In this document: one piece after another, positions 48,691-61,804 of the stretch
How the letters are laid out: each line of letters starts with the position of its first letter
How positions within the stretch are numbered: the first letter of the stretch is position 1
From: Candidatus Berkelbacteria bacterium
GTDB taxonomy: Bacteria; Patescibacteriota; UBA1384; DTJR01
Direction: 5' to 3'
DNA length: 64,000 nucleotides
Assembly: GCA_029865605.1 (NCBI GenBank)
Contig: JAOUGE010000003.1
Span: forward strand, 21,797-85,796
The notes under the pieces: model-generated
Told to the model about the DNA's origin: nothing
Seen by the model: the letters and a program-made list of their open reading frames with translations, nothing else
Database searches by the model: none
Program-made: the position numbers and the translations under genes

Positions 48691-49806
48691 ATGATACCTA
48701 AAAAAATTGCTGTTGTTGCCGAGTGGCTCACATCGCGAGGCGGGGCGGAAAAGGTGGTTGAGGCTTTGCTTGAAATTTATCCGAAGGCCGATCTGTTTAC
48801 AGCCGTTTATAACAGCAGCCTTTTTCCGGAGTTTCAAAAAAGAAAAGTCAAAACAAGTATCTTGCAGAAAATCCCTTGTTTAAATAGAAAACATCAGTGG
48901 CTTTTGCCCTTCTTGCCGGCTGCAATTAGCCATTTGGACCTAAGGGGATACGATTTAATAATCTCGAGCTCTTCGGCCTTTGGTAAGGGGATAAGGAAGC
49001 CGGTTGGCTCAATTCATATCTGCTACTGCCACACACCAATGAGATATGTCTGGCAACCGGATATCGACGAACGCCTAGCGAAACTCCCGTTTGGGAAATA
49101 TATCATAAGAAGACTAAAGGTTTGGGATTTGAAAACCAATCCCGGTGTAGACTACTTTATCAGCAATTCCAGCTATACTGGAGAGAGAATTGCTACCTAT
49201 TATAAAAGAAAATCGCTAGTCATCTATCCTCCGGTTGAAATAAATCCCGGTGATAAACATCCTCTAGGATGGAGTGCCGCCAAAAAAAAGGAAAGCTTCT
49301 ATTTCGCTATTTCAAGGTTAATCCCATACAAAAGGTTCGACCTTGCTATTAAAACGGCTAATGAACTCAGGATCCCGCTTATAGTTGCCGGAAGCGGCCC
49401 CGAAGAAGGAAACTTAAAAAAAATAGCAGGAGCTAAAGTTAGGTTCGTTGGCAAAATAAGCGATAGGGAAAAGGCAAACTATTACTCTCAGGCACGAGCG
49501 GTGATATTTCCAGGCGAAGAAGATTTTGGTATTGTACCTATTGAAGCAATGGCTGTAGGAACGCCGGTAATCGCATACGCTAAGGGTGGTGCAGCCGAAT
49601 CAGTAATAGACGGAGAAACCGGAGTACTCTTCAGCGAACAAACTGTTGATAGCTTAAAGGAAGCCATTCTCAAACTAGAAAAATTATCGCTTAAAAAAGA
49701 AAAAATTATTAACAACACGAAGAGGTTTTCAAAACAAGAATTCATAAAAAAATTTAAAGCGTTTGTGAAACAAATCAAACCTGTCAACGAGAGAAATAAA
49801 ATTTAA
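48691..49806 (+). CDS. glycosyltransferase family 4
   Basis: 371 aa; GT-B fold, C-terminal EDFGIVPIEAMAVGTPVIA motif. Confidence 0.8.
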   Translation: MIPKKIAVVAEWLTSRGGAEKVVEALLEIYPKADLFTAVYNSSLFPEFQKRKVKTSILQKIPCLNRKHQWLLPFLPAAISHLDLRGYDLIISSSSAFGKGIRKPVGSIHICYCHTPMRYVWQPDIDERLAKLPFGKYIIRRLKVWDLKTNPGVDYFISNSSYTGERIATYYKRKSLVIYPPVEINPGDKHPLGWSAAKKKESFYFAISRLIPYKRFDLAIKTANELRIPLIVAGSGPEEGNLKKIAGAKVRFVGKISDREKANYYSQARAVIFPGEEDFGIVPIEAMAVGTPVIAYAKGGAAESVIDGETGVLFSEQTVDSLKEAILKLEKLSLKKEKIINNTKRFSKQEFIKKFKAFVKQIKPVNERNKI

Positions 49807-49839
49807 AACTAAAGTTAATAAAAAGAAAGCGAGGATTAG

Positions 49840-50454
49840 ATGGAGCTTAAAGACTACGTTCAAATCATAAAAAAAAATCTGATTATGATCATTGTTGTTG
49901 CGGCGATTCTTGGCTTAGCAGCATACTTTGTAACGCTAAGACAAGAACCAACCTACAACTCGACAATAGGTATCGAAATTACCAGGGAACAAACGGCAAA
50001 ACAGGCAGAAGTTCCTTATTATTTATATGACAATTATTATGCCACCCAAGTGGCCACGACGCTTTCCGATAATATAATCGGTTGGCTCTCTGCTCCATCG
50101 TTCGTTTCGGAGATACTCACCAAAGCTGGCTACGAAGCGCCTTCGGGAAGCTTAAGAGAAATCAGCAAGACCTTTACAGCAAAAAAGAAGATCTCTACTT
50201 CTTCCGTTGTTGATATCAGCTACTCCTCGACTGACTCACAAAAAGCCGAAAAAATAATCCAAACCGCAGCCAGCCTACTCAGAGACAAAACTGAAGCTCT
50301 AAACAGCGCTAAAGAAGCAGCTAAATACGTCACCAGCGTAAGTACGCCGGTCGTAATTACAACGCCCAAGCCACTTTTACTCAATACTCTTATCGGAGTA
50401 CTCGTAGGACTATTTCTATCAGTCGGCTACGCTTTCCTTAAAAATTCAGCTTAG
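49840..50454 (+). CDS. Wzz-like polysaccharide chain-length determinant (two TM, periplasmic domain)
   Basis: 204 aa; N- and C-terminal TM helices. Confidence 0.5.
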   Translation: MELKDYVQIIKKNLIMIIVVAAILGLAAYFVTLRQEPTYNSTIGIEITREQTAKQAEVPYYLYDNYYATQVATTLSDNIIGWLSAPSFVSEILTKAGYEAPSGSLREISKTFTAKKKISTSSVVDISYSSTDSQKAEKIIQTAASLLRDKTEALNSAKEAAKYVTSVSTPVVITTPKPLLLNTLIGVLVGLFLSVGYAFLKNSA

Positions 50455-50461
50455 ATAAATT

Positions 50462-51919
50462 ATGCTCGATGGGATATCAAAAAAGGAAAACGCCACCCCA
50501 TCTAAAAATCCCGAAGCAAAAATCGCAGATGCGCCAAGGACTCAGGGTTTAACAAAGAAGGGGCCATATTTAGATAGTTTTGAGAAGAAAAAAGTAGGAA
50601 GATTACGCCCTCGCTACAAGGATGTGCGGACAAAAATTAAAATACGAAAAAACCGCATAAAGATGGGCTGGTTTTGGTTCTTTGCTTCACTTATTTTTCT
50701 AGCCGCCTTCACGCTTTCTCTGGCTAGCACCAAGATATTTTCTTTCTTTTCAATATTATATAGTCTCGAGAGCGAAAATATTTTGGTTGGCTTTCAAAAC
50801 AGCGCCGAACTGCGACCAACGGGCGGTTTCTGGGGCAGTTTCGCCATCTGGCAGATAGAAAAAAATCTCCAAAATAGTCAGATCCTTTTTGAGACAAACG
50901 TTTACAAAAATACAAATCCTCTACTTGAAAAAACAAATGTCGAACCGCCAAAGCCGCTGAAGGAAACCTGGCCGGAAAATCCACTTGGCTTCGTTAATGC
51001 TAACTGGTCTTTTGATTTCGAGCAGGCAGCTAAAACTCTTGAGTGGTATTTCGGTCAGGCTTGGCAATTAGAAAATTCCGGCGTTATTGCCATATCGTCC
51101 TTAGCGGTCATTGATCTTCTTAAATTAACTGGGCCTGTTACCGCACTCGATGGGACTCAAATAAACAGTGAAAATTTTACTCAAATCCTATCCCAAAAGA
51201 TTGATACTGAATATTGGCAAACAGAGGAAAACAAGCGAATCAATGAACCAAAAACGATTCTAAAGGAAATCTCCCCGCAAATAATCCAAAAAGCAAAAAA
51301 CATCCCTATCCTCACTCTCTATAGATTCACTAAAAAACAGCTCGAAGAGGGACGAATCCTCTGCTATTTTTCCGACCCAGCAAGGGAAAAACTCTGTCAA
51401 AAACTTGGTATAAGCGGAAAATTAGCTCCTTACAGCAAGGACTACCTCTCAATTAACAATGCTAACTTAAACGGCGGTAAGACCAGCCTGAATGTTTCTC
51501 AATCAATTGAATACAGAATTGATAGAGCCGAAGAAGACAATGTCACATTCTTAAAGATAAGGCGCGAACACATGGCAAATAGCTGGCCAGGTATACTAAA
51601 TCGCAATTTCACCAGAATAATCACTCCCCTGGGGTCACAACTAGTTTCGGCAAAGCTTGGCGAGGAAGATATCACTAACACGGTCGAAAAAACAGATGAG
51701 ATGGGCAGAACAACTTTCGGTTTTTGGTTTTCAACTTTGCCCGGAGAAACAAAAACTGCCGAAATCCAATACCTTTTGCCCTTTAGTCTTAAGGATAACC
51801 AAGATTATAATTTGGTTTTTCAAAAACAGCCGGGTACCTTAAGCGAGAAGCTCAAGGTGATCATTTTTGATAAGATTCTATATGAGGGGGAAAACTCAAA
51901 GTCATTCCTTAAACTATAA
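50462..51919 (+). CDS. DUF4012-like exported protein in a polysaccharide locus
   Basis: 485 aa; N-terminal TM; ...SAELRPTGGFWGSF... motif recalled from DUF4012 family (from memory). Confidence 0.4.
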   Translation: MLDGISKKENATPSKNPEAKIADAPRTQGLTKKGPYLDSFEKKKVGRLRPRYKDVRTKIKIRKNRIKMGWFWFFASLIFLAAFTLSLASTKIFSFFSILYSLESENILVGFQNSAELRPTGGFWGSFAIWQIEKNLQNSQILFETNVYKNTNPLLEKTNVEPPKPLKETWPENPLGFVNANWSFDFEQAAKTLEWYFGQAWQLENSGVIAISSLAVIDLLKLTGPVTALDGTQINSENFTQILSQKIDTEYWQTEENKRINEPKTILKEISPQIIQKAKNIPILTLYRFTKKQLEEGRILCYFSDPAREKLCQKLGISGKLAPYSKDYLSINNANLNGGKTSLNVSQSIEYRIDRAEEDNVTFLKIRREHMANSWPGILNRNFTRIITPLGSQLVSAKLGEEDITNTVEKTDEMGRTTFGFWFSTLPGETKTAEIQYLLPFSLKDNQDYNLVFQKQPGTLSEKLKVIIFDKILYEGENSKSFLKL

Positions 51920-51920
51920 A

Positions 51921-53083
51921 ATGAAAATCGCCATCTTCACTGAATGCTACGAGCCCGTAATCACTGGCGTGGTTCACTCCATCGAATCTACAAAAAAAGG
52001 GCTTGAAAGTCTCGGGCATCAAGTGTTTATAATCACACCTGATTATGGCAAAAAAAACCTCAAAGACGAGGGGATTATCCCCTGTCCCAGCATCCCTCTT
52101 GGCTCAACCGGCTATCATTTCGTTTATAGTTTTCCCCTAAAAGCCCGCCGGATCGCCGAAGAGGCTGACATACTTCATACTCATCACCCGTTTACGCTAG
52201 GCCAAAGGGCGAGAAAAATAGCCAGAGGGCAAAAAAAACCGTTACTTTTTACTCATCATACCCAATACGATCAATATCTTGCCTATGTGCCAATTGCTAA
52301 GAAGCTGGCCAAAAAAGTCCTCTACGGCTACTTAAAAAGCTTCTGCGACCAAGCAACATTAATAATTGCCCCGTCAGAAAGCATTAAAAGGAAAATTAAG
52401 GCTTATGGCGCAGAAACCCCTATCGAAACAGTCCCAAACGGCGTTGAAATAGAAAAATTCAAAAGAAAAACATTGCTATCCCGCCAGAACTAAAACAGCT
52501 GCCGGAGGACGAAAAAATCGTCATTTTTGTCGGCAGGGTTTGCTATGAGAAAAAAATCGACTTTGTAATACGAGCCTTTAAAAAAGTCGTTGGGGAGGCA
52601 CCAAAAACCCGACTTCTGATAGTCGGCGGCGGACCAGCTTTTGATGAATTCAAAAAATTATCCGAGTATCTAGGAATCGCTAAAAATGTGACTATGACCG
52701 GTGTAGTCCCTTTCACTAAAATCCCCGGTTACTTTAGACGAGCTGATATTTTTGCTTCGGCTTCAAAAACCGAGGTTCACCCGATGGTAGGAATCGAAGC
52801 AATGGCCTCGGGACTACCTATTGTCGCCCTAGATTCGGTTGGTTATCGCGATATTGTCGAGAGGGGAAAGACAGGCCTAATTGCTCAAGAAAACCTTAAC
52901 GACTTTGCCTCAAAAATTGTCGAGCTAGTCTCAAACAAAGAAAAGTTCGAGCGCATGAAAAAGAACTCCTCTATATCCTCAAGAAAATATTCTATCGCAG
53001 CAACTTCCAAAAATATGCTAGCGACTTATCAGCGCGCCCAGCAACTTATAAACGGGCTCGAACAGGATAGTAAAAACGACTAA
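51921..53083 (+). pseudogene. glycosyltransferase family 4, disrupted by a -1 frameshift in an A-run (~52461..52470)
   Basis: GT4 N-domain in frame 0 (51921..52493) and C-domain (ExFGxxxxEAMAxGxPVVA) in another frame (track ORF 52688..53083, open back to 52463); hand translation gives continuous ...KFK(K)NIAIPPELKQLPEDEKIVIFVGR... Confidence 0.6.
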
Positions 53084-53128
53084 TTTGTGATAAAATGAAT
53101 CCACAAGCCAAAATGGTGTGCTTTATAA

Positions 53129-55075
<1,947 letters not shown>

Positions 55076-55093
55076 AATAGAGCAATAAAAGCC

Positions 55094-57739
55094 ATGAAAG
55101 ACCAAAAAAACCAGAACCCAAAACAGGATTCCACGAAAGAAACGAAGGGCAAATCGAGCTCCATTATTCCCCGTCCAATCGTTGAGGAAATGGAGAAATC
55201 CTATCTTGACTATGCGATGAGTGTTATTATCGCCCGGGCGCTCCCGGATGTAAGGGACGGTCTTAAGCCGGTTCATCGCCGCATCATTTACGCCATGGGT
55301 GAAATGGGACTCTCGTCGGGGTCAAGATACACCAAATCTGCTAAGATCGTTGGTGAAGTCCTCGGCAAATATCACCCTCATGGCGATATGGCCGTTTACG
55401 ACACACTGGTCGGAATGGCCCAGCCTTTCAGAATAAATCACCCCTTGGTTGACGGACAGGGCAATTTCGGCTCAATCGACGGCGACGGGGCCGCTGCTCC
55501 ACGCTACACCGAAGCAAAATTGGAACGCTATGGTGAAAAAATGCTTGAGGACATTGAAAAAAATACGGTTGATTTTAGCTCTAACTACGATAATACGCTC
55601 AAAGAGCCAACTGTTTTACCGACTAAAATCCCCAACCTGCTCGTCAATGGGACAGTGGGAATCGCCGTCGGCATGGCAACTAATATTCCGCCTCACAACC
55701 TAAGCGAAATATGCGATGGGATTATTCAGCTAATCGAAAAGCCGGAACTGACAGTCGAAGAATTGATGCAGTATATAAAGGGGCCTGATTTCCCAACTGC
55801 TGGTACGATCTTTGGAGTCGAGGGAATCAAGAATGCTTCTGCCACCGGCCACGGCAAAATCATCATCCGTGGCGAAGCAGAAGTAATAGAAGATAAAAAA
55901 AACTTTAAAATACATATTTCTTCTATCCCCTTCCAAGTGAATAAAGCCGACCTTATTACGAAAATCGCTCAACTTGTTAAAGAAAAGAAACTGGAAGGAA
56001 TAGCCGATATTCGCGATGAGTCCGATCGCACCAAATCGGTTAGCATCATCGTTGAGCTCAAATCAACGGCTTACCCAAAAAAAGTCTTAAATCGGCTCTA
56101 CGACCTTACTCCGCTGCAGATTTCTTACCACATTAACATGCTTGCCCTGGTTGAGAGAATTCAACCGAGAATATTAAATATACGCCGCATCTTAATTGAA
56201 TTCATCAACCATCGCCGCGAGGTCGTAAAAAGAAGAACGCAGTTTGACCTCGAAAGAGCTAAAGAAAGGGCTCATATCCTCGAAGGACTTAAAAAAGCCC
56301 TCGATCATATTGATGAAATAATTAAGACTATCAAGGGGTCGGAAAACCGCGAGGTGGCGCTCGCAAATCTAGTCAAAAAATACGAATTCACCAAAATCCA
56401 AGCTAATGCGATATTGGATATGCGCCTTTCTGCTTTGGCTGCCCTTGAAAGAAAAAAAGTCGAGAATGAACTTAAGGAAAAATTAAAGCTTATTGAAGAG
56501 CTAACCGCGATCTTAGCTTCAGAAGAGAAGATTCTTAAAATCATAAGAGATGAAACTAATGAAATTAAAGAAAAATTTGGTCGCCCAAGACAAACTAAAA
56601 TAATCGCCGAAGAAATCGGGCAGTTCAAAGTCGAGGATTTAATTCCCAATGAACCTGTCGTAGTTACGCTAACCGAAGGCAACTACATTAAACGAGTGGC
56701 GGTTGATGCTTACCGAAAACAGGGCCGCGGAGGAAAGGGGGTAGTCGGCACAACGCTTAAAGAGAAAGATAAGGTATTACAGATGCAATCAGCCAAAACC
56801 CATGACGATATTTATTTCTTCACCAATTTAGGTAAAGTTTTTTCCAGCAAAATCCACGAGATCCCCCCCTCATCCCGCCAAGCCCGCGGCCAAGCAATCG
56901 TCAACTTAATCCAGATTCAACCCGATGAGTATGTAACAGCAATGCTTATCATTCCAAAAAACGCCAATATTGCTGATAAATATTTCACGATGGGAACAAA
57001 AGGCGGAGTAGTTAAACGAACCAGGATCGGCGCTTATTCTAATATCAGGAAGACAGGGTTAATTGCGGTTAGACTTCGAGAAAAAGACGAATTAAGGTTC
57101 ATCGATATTACATGCGGCAATGACTACGTTATGATGGTTACAAGGGATGGTCAGGGAATAATTTTCTCCGAGGAAGAAATACGCCCGATGGGGCGCTCCG
57201 CCGCCGGCGTAATCGGTATAAGACTTAAATCATCCGATGAAGTCATTTCGATGGGTACCTTCTCCCAGGACCAACCCCAAGCCAGCCAATTTGAGGTAGT
57301 AACGGTTTTAGAAAACGGATTAGGCAAGAGAACGCAAATCCTTAAGCATTTCCCCACCCAAAAGCGGGGGGGCTATGGGGTCAGAACATCCAAAACTTCC
57401 CAGAAAACCGGTAAGGTTGTTGAGGCATTCATAACTAACAACCCCAAACAGGATCTGATTTTAGTCTCTATCTCTGGACAGGCAATTAGAATTCCGCTAA
57501 AATCAGCCAAGCTTCTCGGACGTGATACACAGGGCGTAAGATTAATGAAACTCGGCCTTTCCGACAAACTGGCTTCGGTTAGCGCAGTTGAAGAACAGGC
57601 CGAAATCAAAGAGATTAAAGTGGCATTTCCAGACCAAGCCAAATTCGGGAAAGCCGACAAGGGAGAAATAAAACTAAAAGATCTTGACGTAAAATACTAC
57701 GACCAAAATGCCGCAAACACAAGAAAAGAAAAAAATTAG
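55094..57739 (+). CDS. gyrA: DNA gyrase subunit A
   Basis: 881 aa; active-site region (AAMRYTE-like [11 protein letters not shown]), C-terminal beta-pinwheel. Confidence 0.95.
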   Translation: MKDQKNQNPKQDSTKETKGKSSSIIPRPIVEEMEKSYLDYAMSVIIARALPDVRDGLKPVHRRIIYAMGEMGLSSGSRYTKSAKIVGEVLGKYHPHGDMAVYDTLVGMAQPFRINHPLVDGQGNFGSIDGDGAAAPRYTEAKLERYGEKMLEDIEKNTVDFSSNYDNTLKEPTVLPTKIPNLLVNGTVGIAVGMATNIPPHNLSEICDGIIQLIEKPELTVEELMQYIKGPDFPTAGTIFGVEGIKNASATGHGKIIIRGEAEVIEDKKNFKIHISSIPFQVNKADLITKIAQLVKEKKLEGIADIRDESDRTKSVSIIVELKSTAYPKKVLNRLYDLTPLQISYHINMLALVERIQPRILNIRRILIEFINHRREVVKRRTQFDLERAKERAHILEGLKKALDHIDEIIKTIKGSENREVALANLVKKYEFTKIQANAILDMRLSALAALERKKVENELKEKLKLIEELTAILASEEKILKIIRDETNEIKEKFGRPRQTKIIAEEIGQFKVEDLIPNEPVVVTLTEGNYIKRVAVDAYRKQGRGGKGVVGTTLKEKDKVLQMQSAKTHDDIYFFTNLGKVFSSKIHEIPPSSRQARGQAIVNLIQIQPDEYVTAMLIIPKNANIADKYFTMGTKGGVVKRTRIGAYSNIRKTGLIAVRLREKDELRFIDITCGNDYVMMVTRDGQGIIFSEEEIRPMGRSAAGVIGIRLKSSDEVISMGTFSQDQPQASQFEVVTVLENGLGKRTQILKHFPTQKRGGYGVRTSKTSQKTGKVVEAFITNNPKQDLILVSISGQAIRIPLKSAKLLGRDTQGVRLMKLGLSDKLASVSAVEEQAEIKEIKVAFPDQAKFGKADKGEIKLKDLDVKYYDQNAANTRKEKN

Positions 57740-59501
57740 CCTGCCGGAAGTCGTTCCAGTCAAGCTATTAGCCGAAGAGCTAGAAGCTTCTCCTGCTTTA
57801 ATTGTAAAAAAATTACTGGAAATGGGGGTTCTGGCGACCATTAACGAAAGCGTCGATTTCGACACGGCAGCAATCGTTGCCGATGAATACGAAGTTTCTG
57901 CCGAACGCAAAAAAGATGAAACTGATATTGAGCTCGAAGAAAGCTCAAAATACACGGCTTACGACAGACCTCCCGTTGTAACGGTTATGGGCCACGTCGA
58001 TCATGGCAAAACAAAACTTCTTGATGCAATTAGAAAAACTAATGTCATTGAGACAGAGTCGGGCGGAATCACTCAACATATTGGAGCCTACAAGACAAAA
58101 ATATCAATGAAAGAAAGAAAAAAGACAATCGACCGAGAAATGACTTTCATTGATACCCCTGGGCACGAGGCCTTCTCGGCTATGCGAGCCCACGGGGCAA
58201 ATATCACCGATATTGTAATTTTAGTAGTCGCCGCAGATGAAGGTGTAAAACCCCAGACAATTGAAGCAATAAGCCACGCCAAAGCCGCTAAAGTCCCTAT
58301 CATTGTCGCGATTAACAAAATTGATAAACCGGAAGCTGATCCCGACCGAGTAAAAAGAGAACTGTCCGAGCAAAAATTAATCCCAGAAGAGTGGGGAGGC
58401 AAAACACCAATGGTTCCGGTTTCTGCCAAGGAAGGCAAGAATATAGACGATCTTCTAGAAACCGTCATCCTAACCGCCGATCTCGAAGAGCTTAAAGCAC
58501 CAACCGATGGGCCCGCCCGCGGAATGGTAATCGAATCTAAAGTCCAGTCCGGTAAGGGCGCGACTGCGACCGTAATCATCCAATCTGGAACACTCAAGCC
58601 CTCTGACGTCATAGTTAGCGAAGGAGAATATGCGAAAGTGAGATTTATCGAAGATTGGCGCGGAAAAAGAGCCCAAACAGCCCATCCTTCCGACCCTGTC
58701 CTTGTAGCTGGATTTAAAAAGCCGCCTAAAGTAGGCTCCCAGATAAGATCGGTTAAATCAGAAAAAGCAGCCCGCCAAATAGCTGAAAAGACAAGAAGGG
58801 ATAATTCGGTAAAATCCCTTTCAAGTAAAGGAACTGGTCTTGGCGAGGTTTCAAAAGTCGCCAAAGAGGAAGGTATTAAAGAGTTGAGGCTTATTATCCG
58901 AGCCGACACAAAGGGTTCTCTCGAGGCTATAAAAAGCGGTTTATCCGAAGTTTCAAGCGATTTTGTTAAAATCTCCGTCATTTCCGAGGGGGTTGGAGCC
59001 GTAACCGAATCCGACATTAATCTTGCCTCAGCCAGCCTAGCTGTCGTTTTAGCTTTTAGAGCTTCTGTCCCCCCACAAGTAATGCGCTTAGCCGACGAGA
59101 AGAAGATAAAAATTTCAAAGTACGAAATAATTTACGAACTTATTGATGATATCTTTGCTGCTTTAGAGGGAATGCTGGAACCAGAAATCGTAGAAACGGT
59201 TTTGGGTAAGCTTGAAGTGGTGAAGGTATTTTTCAAACAGCATAACCGAGGAATCATCGGCGGTAGAGTTATATCAGGAAAAATCTCGCCAGGAACAAAA
59301 ATAACCGTAACGAGAAATGGCCAGCCGATTGGCGAGTTAAAAACGGAGAGTATTAAAATAGGCGCCCAAACCGTTAACCAAGTCACAGACAAAAAAGAAT
59401 GTGGTATAAGCTATTTAGGAACAGTTAAGTTGAAGCCGAAAGATATTCTAGAATTTGTTTTAGTTGAAGAAAGACTAAGATCTCTCAAGAAAAAAATATA
59501 G
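57708..59501 (+). CDS. infB: translation initiation factor IF-2
   Basis: 597 aa; G domain [25 protein letters not shown]; overlaps gyrA end by 32 nt. Confidence 0.9.
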   Translation: MPQTQEKKKISLPEVVPVKLLAEELEASPALIVKKLLEMGVLATINESVDFDTAAIVADEYEVSAERKKDETDIELEESSKYTAYDRPPVVTVMGHVDHGKTKLLDAIRKTNVIETESGGITQHIGAYKTKISMKERKKTIDREMTFIDTPGHEAFSAMRAHGANITDIVILVVAADEGVKPQTIEAISHAKAAKVPIIVAINKIDKPEADPDRVKRELSEQKLIPEEWGGKTPMVPVSAKEGKNIDDLLETVILTADLEELKAPTDGPARGMVIESKVQSGKGATATVIIQSGTLKPSDVIVSEGEYAKVRFIEDWRGKRAQTAHPSDPVLVAGFKKPPKVGSQIRSVKSEKAARQIAEKTRRDNSVKSLSSKGTGLGEVSKVAKEEGIKELRLIIRADTKGSLEAIKSGLSEVSSDFVKISVISEGVGAVTESDINLASASLAVVLAFRASVPPQVMRLADEKKIKISKYEIIYELIDDIFAALEGMLEPEIVETVLGKLEVVKVFFKQHNRGIIGGRVISGKISPGTKITVTRNGQPIGELKTESIKIGAQTVNQVTDKKECGISYLGTVKLKPKDILEFVLVEERLRSLKKKI

Positions 59502-59554
59502 TCGTAAGGTTCTTCAAAATCCATTCTCGCAGCCGTTCTATAAGGTGTGAGGGG

Positions 59555-59582
59555 TTGACAGATAAGGTCATTCAAGTAAAAT
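59555..59582 (+). promoter_or_regulatory. putative promoter (GGGG-TTGACA, 16-nt spacer, TAAAAT)
   Basis: GGGGTTGACAgataaggtcattcaagTAAAAT; ATG 59598 lies ~15 nt downstream of the -10 with no SD. Confidence 0.45.
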
Positions 59583-59597
59583 GGTTCGCAGTCGTAC

Positions 59598-59840
59598 ATG
59601 ACTGAACAAACCGAGCCTCCCCTCTTACAAAGACGGCTCATAAAAACAAAAAATCCCTTAACAAAGAGCTTTGAAGCAATCTCCGAAATATTAAAAGAGG
59701 CGAAGAAGCTCTTATTTAGGTCCGCTTCGACCAACAATATTGGAAAGAAGCTGATCATAAATATCGGTCTTCTTTTTCTAATAGTCTTAATCCCCTCGAT
59801 CTCCGAATATGCTACAAACTATCAACTTATTCCAGCCTGA
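59598..59840 (+). CDS. small protein with C-terminal TM anchor (possibly the detached N-terminal anchor of the downstream peptidase)
   Basis: 80 aa; cytoplasmic N-term then LIINIGLLFLIVLIPSI helix. Confidence 0.35.
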   Translation: MTEQTEPPLLQRRLIKTKNPLTKSFEAISEILKEAKKLLFRSASTNNIGKKLIINIGLLFLIVLIPSISEYATNYQLIPA

Positions 59841-59941
59841 GACAGCTCACCGATCCATTAGATCCGAAAAAAGCCGGTGAGTTAGCAGAATCTCTCGACC
59901 TATACACCAGCGGAGTTAACGAAAACCCCGACGAAGTTGCT

Positions 59942-60711
59942 TTGGCGCTCATGCTTAAAGACGATACCTATACTCTATCTCAACAGCTTTCTGTAAACGC
60001 CGGCAAAGAGATCAATGAGCCGCAAAGGGTAGAGGCAACCTATACTGTAAAGCAAGGCGAAACGATAACCCAAATCGCCCAAAAATTTGACCTTCATGTT
60101 GGCACAATTCTCGAAGCAAATAAAATTCCAGCCGAACAGTCAAAAATAATAAAGCCGGGAACGATTCTAAAAATTCCCTCTTCAGACACCGTCACATCAA
60201 GCGACTGGCTGGTAACCCTAAACCGCGCCGAGGAGGCCGAGAGAAAAGCCGCCGAGCAGAAAAGGCAGGAGGAGCTAAGAAAACAGCTCGCAAAACGGGG
60301 GCGCGCCTACGCCGCTTCTTCATATTCTTACAGCTCGGGCGGATATGCCGGGGTCGACAGAAGCGGCCTTATTGTCCCTATTAGCCACAATGGAATAAGC
60401 CGGGGCTTTAGCTGGGGACACAGCGGAATTGATTACCGAGCCAATGTCGGCACGCCCGTCCGCGCAGCTGCTTCCGGAGAGTAATCCAAATAAGCGGTGG
60501 TTGGTCCGGGGGGTACGGAAACCAAATGCTAGTTGATCACGGCGGGGGTCGGGTAACAAGATATGCCCACCTATCTTCATTTACCGTCGGGGTTGGCCAA
60601 ACAGTTGGCCAGGGACAAACAATCGCTTATTCTGGAAACACCGGGCGCTCCACTGGTCCGCACTTGCACTTTGAACTTATCGTCGGCGGGCGACCAGTCA
60701 ATCCATTCTAA
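59942..60711 (+). pseudogene. LysM-domain M23 peptidase, split by a frameshift at ~60478..60485
   Basis: LysM (YTVKQGETITQIAQKF...) in ORF 59942..60484; M23 catalytic motifs ([14 protein letters not shown], then [12 protein letters not shown]...YAHL...[15 protein letters not shown]) continue in another frame (60526..60711); hand translation across the junction gives ...[25 protein letters not shown]... Confidence 0.65.
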
Positions 60712-60782
60712 AAATAACACCAGGATATAGAATTAAGAATAAAGGATAATAAATAAGAACATCATAAAATCTCGATTCTTAA

Positions 60783-61757
<975 letters not shown>

Positions 61758-61804
61758 ACTTGGCTGGTTTTTTTGCAATCTTTAGGTTGGTTGTAAACTT
61801 TTAG

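Noticed and set aside
58088-59017. 309-aa minus-strand ORF
   Set aside because: Antisense to infB, whose G-domain motifs are unambiguous; the translation is Ser/Leu-rich low complexity.
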